Part shown: piece after piece, positions 34,467 through 36,726 of the stretch
Numbering within the stretch: position 1 is the stretch's first letter
Layout of the letters: each line of letters opens with the position of its first letter
NCBI GenBank assembly: GCA_012862495.1
Contig: BLSG01000059.1
Coordinates: 11,465-48,190 of the forward strand
Length of the DNA: 36,726 bases
Direction: 5' to 3'
Source: Thraustochytrium aureum
Taxonomy: Eukaryota
The notes under the pieces: model-generated
Databases searched by the model: none
What the model saw: only the letters and a program-made list of their open reading frames with translations
Told to the model about the DNA's origin: nothing
Position numbers and translations under genes: made by a program

Positions 34467-35396
34467 AAAGCCCTGATGAAGAAGCACAGAAAGGAAAGAA
34501 ACACAGCAAAGAAGAAAGAAAGAAACACCGAACGAGCGACCACTGCCTGCCTCAGCCTGCCTGTCCTCAGCCTGCCAGTGCGCCAAAGGCGATCACGGCA
34601 CGCACGCGTTGGCCTCGTCTGAGACCAAGCAGCCAACTCCAAGTCCGTCTCGCTCAAGACGCCCAGCTACGCAGCAAGCTGCCTTCATCGTGCTGGTCCA
34701 ACGCGCAAAACTCTCACACGAATAGCAGCTGTACTTTCTCCGCTGGCGTGCCTCACATCGCGGCAGAGCGCAGGGGCGGCCTGTCGTGAGGCGCCTGCCG
34801 GTGGCCTCCGTGTGCGTTAGATGAATGGGTTCCTCTCCGCGCCTTGTGGCGCAGGCTTCCTCGGCTGGGAGGGCTCTCGCTCGCCCTCAGAGGCCCCGCC
34901 GCTCATGGCCTCCTTCCCGGGCGCTCTCACGCCACGGAGGAGGCGCCTCTCGCGCCCAGGGAGGGCTGTGCCTGGCCGCTCTCAGGGGGCCTCCTCCTCG
35001 CGCAGAGGGCGCGGCGGCGCTGCTCAGGGCCCCGGCGGGCGGTGTGAGGCGGCGCGTAGAGGCGGGTTTTGGAGCTGTCAGGTCGGCCCAATAGATCACC
35101 GGCATGTAGCAGGGCGGGCGTCGAGGCGCCAGCATGCGAGCGAACAAACCGTCAAGCAGAACATTACGTGGCACACGGCGTGGCACGTAGGCGCCCACGA
35201 GTCCTTGTGCAGACCCCCAATCGCCGCCGACGCCAAGCGCACGCGCTGCCCGCCAAGCGCACGCAAGCCCTGCTCGAGCCGAACAAGCAGAGGGCAAGAA
35301 AGAAAGAAAGGAAGGAAGGAAGGAAGAAAGGAGACCGGGGCAACGGAGCGACAAGGAGCCCCGCAGCGCGGTGCCGCATCGCATCAAGAAACAACT

Positions 35397-36460
35397 ATGA
35401 TGCAGAGCATGATGGAGATGGATGATCTCAGCTTCATCGGGCGCGACTTTGGAATGCTTGGCTACGGCCACGACGACGCCATGCTCGACCCCCACGTCGA
35501 CCAGTACATGCCGGCCTTCGAAGGCCACCAGCAGGACAGCACACAGAGCGACTCGCACGCGCCTCACGTCGATGCCGCCCAGCCGCACCCTCAGCAACAC
35601 CAGGACCACGACGCGGAGAACATGCTCTACGAACCGTACGGGTACGAGCACACGGCATACCAGCCCTACGGGTACGAACAGCCGTTCGTCAGCGAGCACA
35701 GCGCGTACGAGTACCCGTGCGAGACAGAGCCTACCACATACCCGCGTTTCTACTTTGACGAGCAAGCCGTCGAGCAGGAGCGCCAGCGCCAGATGAAACA
35801 GCAACGCCGCGCTGCGGCGGCACCCTCCTCGTGCGTGCCGACCGCCGCACAGTCGGCAGCAACCCCAATCGCGCTCAGCGGGAGCAGCAAGTCCGTCGTC
35901 GCGCCCTCCTCGGCCAGCGCATCGATGCACTTTAGCAGCTCGCCAATGCGCGTGCGGTCATCGTCGCTTGTAGACAAGTACTCGAAGCTCACCGACGACG
36001 AGCTGCTCGTCGAGGAGCGCCAGGCCGAGAAGGACTGCGATGTGGCCAAGCACAAGCATCGCAAGGGAACCATGTGCCCGCGGTGCCGCGTGGACCAGCG
36101 CCTAAAACACGATCCGCCGCATTCAGCTCAAGCGCACCAACGCAAAGTTTCGCCCGCGGCCCGATGCGACCTTTTCGCAGGTCGGTGGGGCGCGCCGCAA
36201 GAAGGCGCGCCGCGCCACCGAGCCCTCGACGCCAACATCGACCTCCGCGCCCAAGGACCAGCCCCACAATCCAGCCCCCGACGCTAAAGTACAGCTCGTC
36301 CTTCTCGCTCTACACTGCGGGTCGCACGTCATCCACGATGCGGCCTCGCGTCGAGAGCCAAGGCGTCGCGACGCTCGCTGCGACGCTCGAGGAGTGCGAG
36401 CCGGTCGAGTTTCCCGAGCTCAAGGGCCGCGGGCAGGCGCTCAGCTCGTTCTCGATCTGA
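35397..36460 (+). CDS. Hypothetical protein, acidic/Tyr-rich N-terminus with possible Cys/His metal-binding and basic region (frameshifted twice)
   Basis: Coding-like from ATG 35397 (MMQSMMEMDDLSF..). Motif CDVAKHKHRKGTMCPRC. Removing one A at 36104-36107 and one C at 36250-36252 gives RLNTIRRIQLKR..RRKKARR..RTSPTIQPPTLKYSSSF..FSI* at 36460. Confidence 0.65.
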
Positions 36461-36726
36461 GCTCTGCCTTTCCCGCTAGCCTGCTCGACCCGCGCCAAAG
36501 GGTTGGGCGGTAACCATAGATCCGCAAGCTTGTTTGCAGTCGCGCAGAGTGTCCTGATAGCAGGCGCTGCGCGGCACTATATGTATGCGGCCGGCACCTG
36601 CGAGTTTTGATTATTTGGCAACTCGCGGTGCCCACCGCCAAACGAGCCGTGCTGTGCGCACCAGGCTGGTCGGCGAAGCATTGAGCTTCGGGCTGGCAGG
36701 TCGTGTGCGTGCGGCTCGGCACTGAC

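Noticed and set aside
34821..35396. N-terminal extension of ORF 34821..36287
   Set aside because: Crosses GAAA/GAAG simple repeats and looks like 5' non-coding sequence; coding character starts at 35397.
760..36260. Cluster of pseudogenes
   Set aside because: Only single-base indels, mostly in homopolymers, with no nonsense substitutions noticed and mostly intact catalytic motifs; this pattern fits sequencing error better than decay.
1..36726. tRNA, rRNA, U7 snRNA or transposase genes
   Set aside because: None recognised by eye; a tRNAscan-SE/Infernal run would be needed to exclude them.

Overview
Gene-dense, GC-rich, intron-poor eukaryotic scaffold with eight N-gaps. It is not prokaryotic: it has a spliceosomal GT-AG intron and myosin-, CEP95-, SF-assemblin-, ABRA- and LSm-like genes. 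The gene set suggests a flagellated protist, possibly a stramenopile such as a thraustochytrid (inference only). About 13 protein-coding genes can be reconstructed: a signal-peptide ankyrin protein, a degenerate myosin with IQ and two PH domains, a multi-TM TKL kinase, CEP95-like, LSm11-like with an inserted WW domain, MTHFS (80-nt intron), an At3g63330-like kinase, a membrane-anchored SAM methyltransferase, a PH-coiled coil-ABRA/Costars protein, an SF-assemblin-like protein, a His-rich TPR protein with a hidden Tudor-like domain, an apparent EEF2KMT-JMJD4 fusion, and an unknown protein with a possible Zn finger. Many genes are split by about 17 single-base indels, mostly in short homopolymers and in both directions. 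These are most likely sequencing errors, so the ORF track fragments the real genes. The most notable candidates are the EEF2KMT-JMJD4 fusion, the WW-interrupted LSm11-like protein and the apparently ATPase-dead myosin. All family assignments are by eye from remembered motifs; no search was run.
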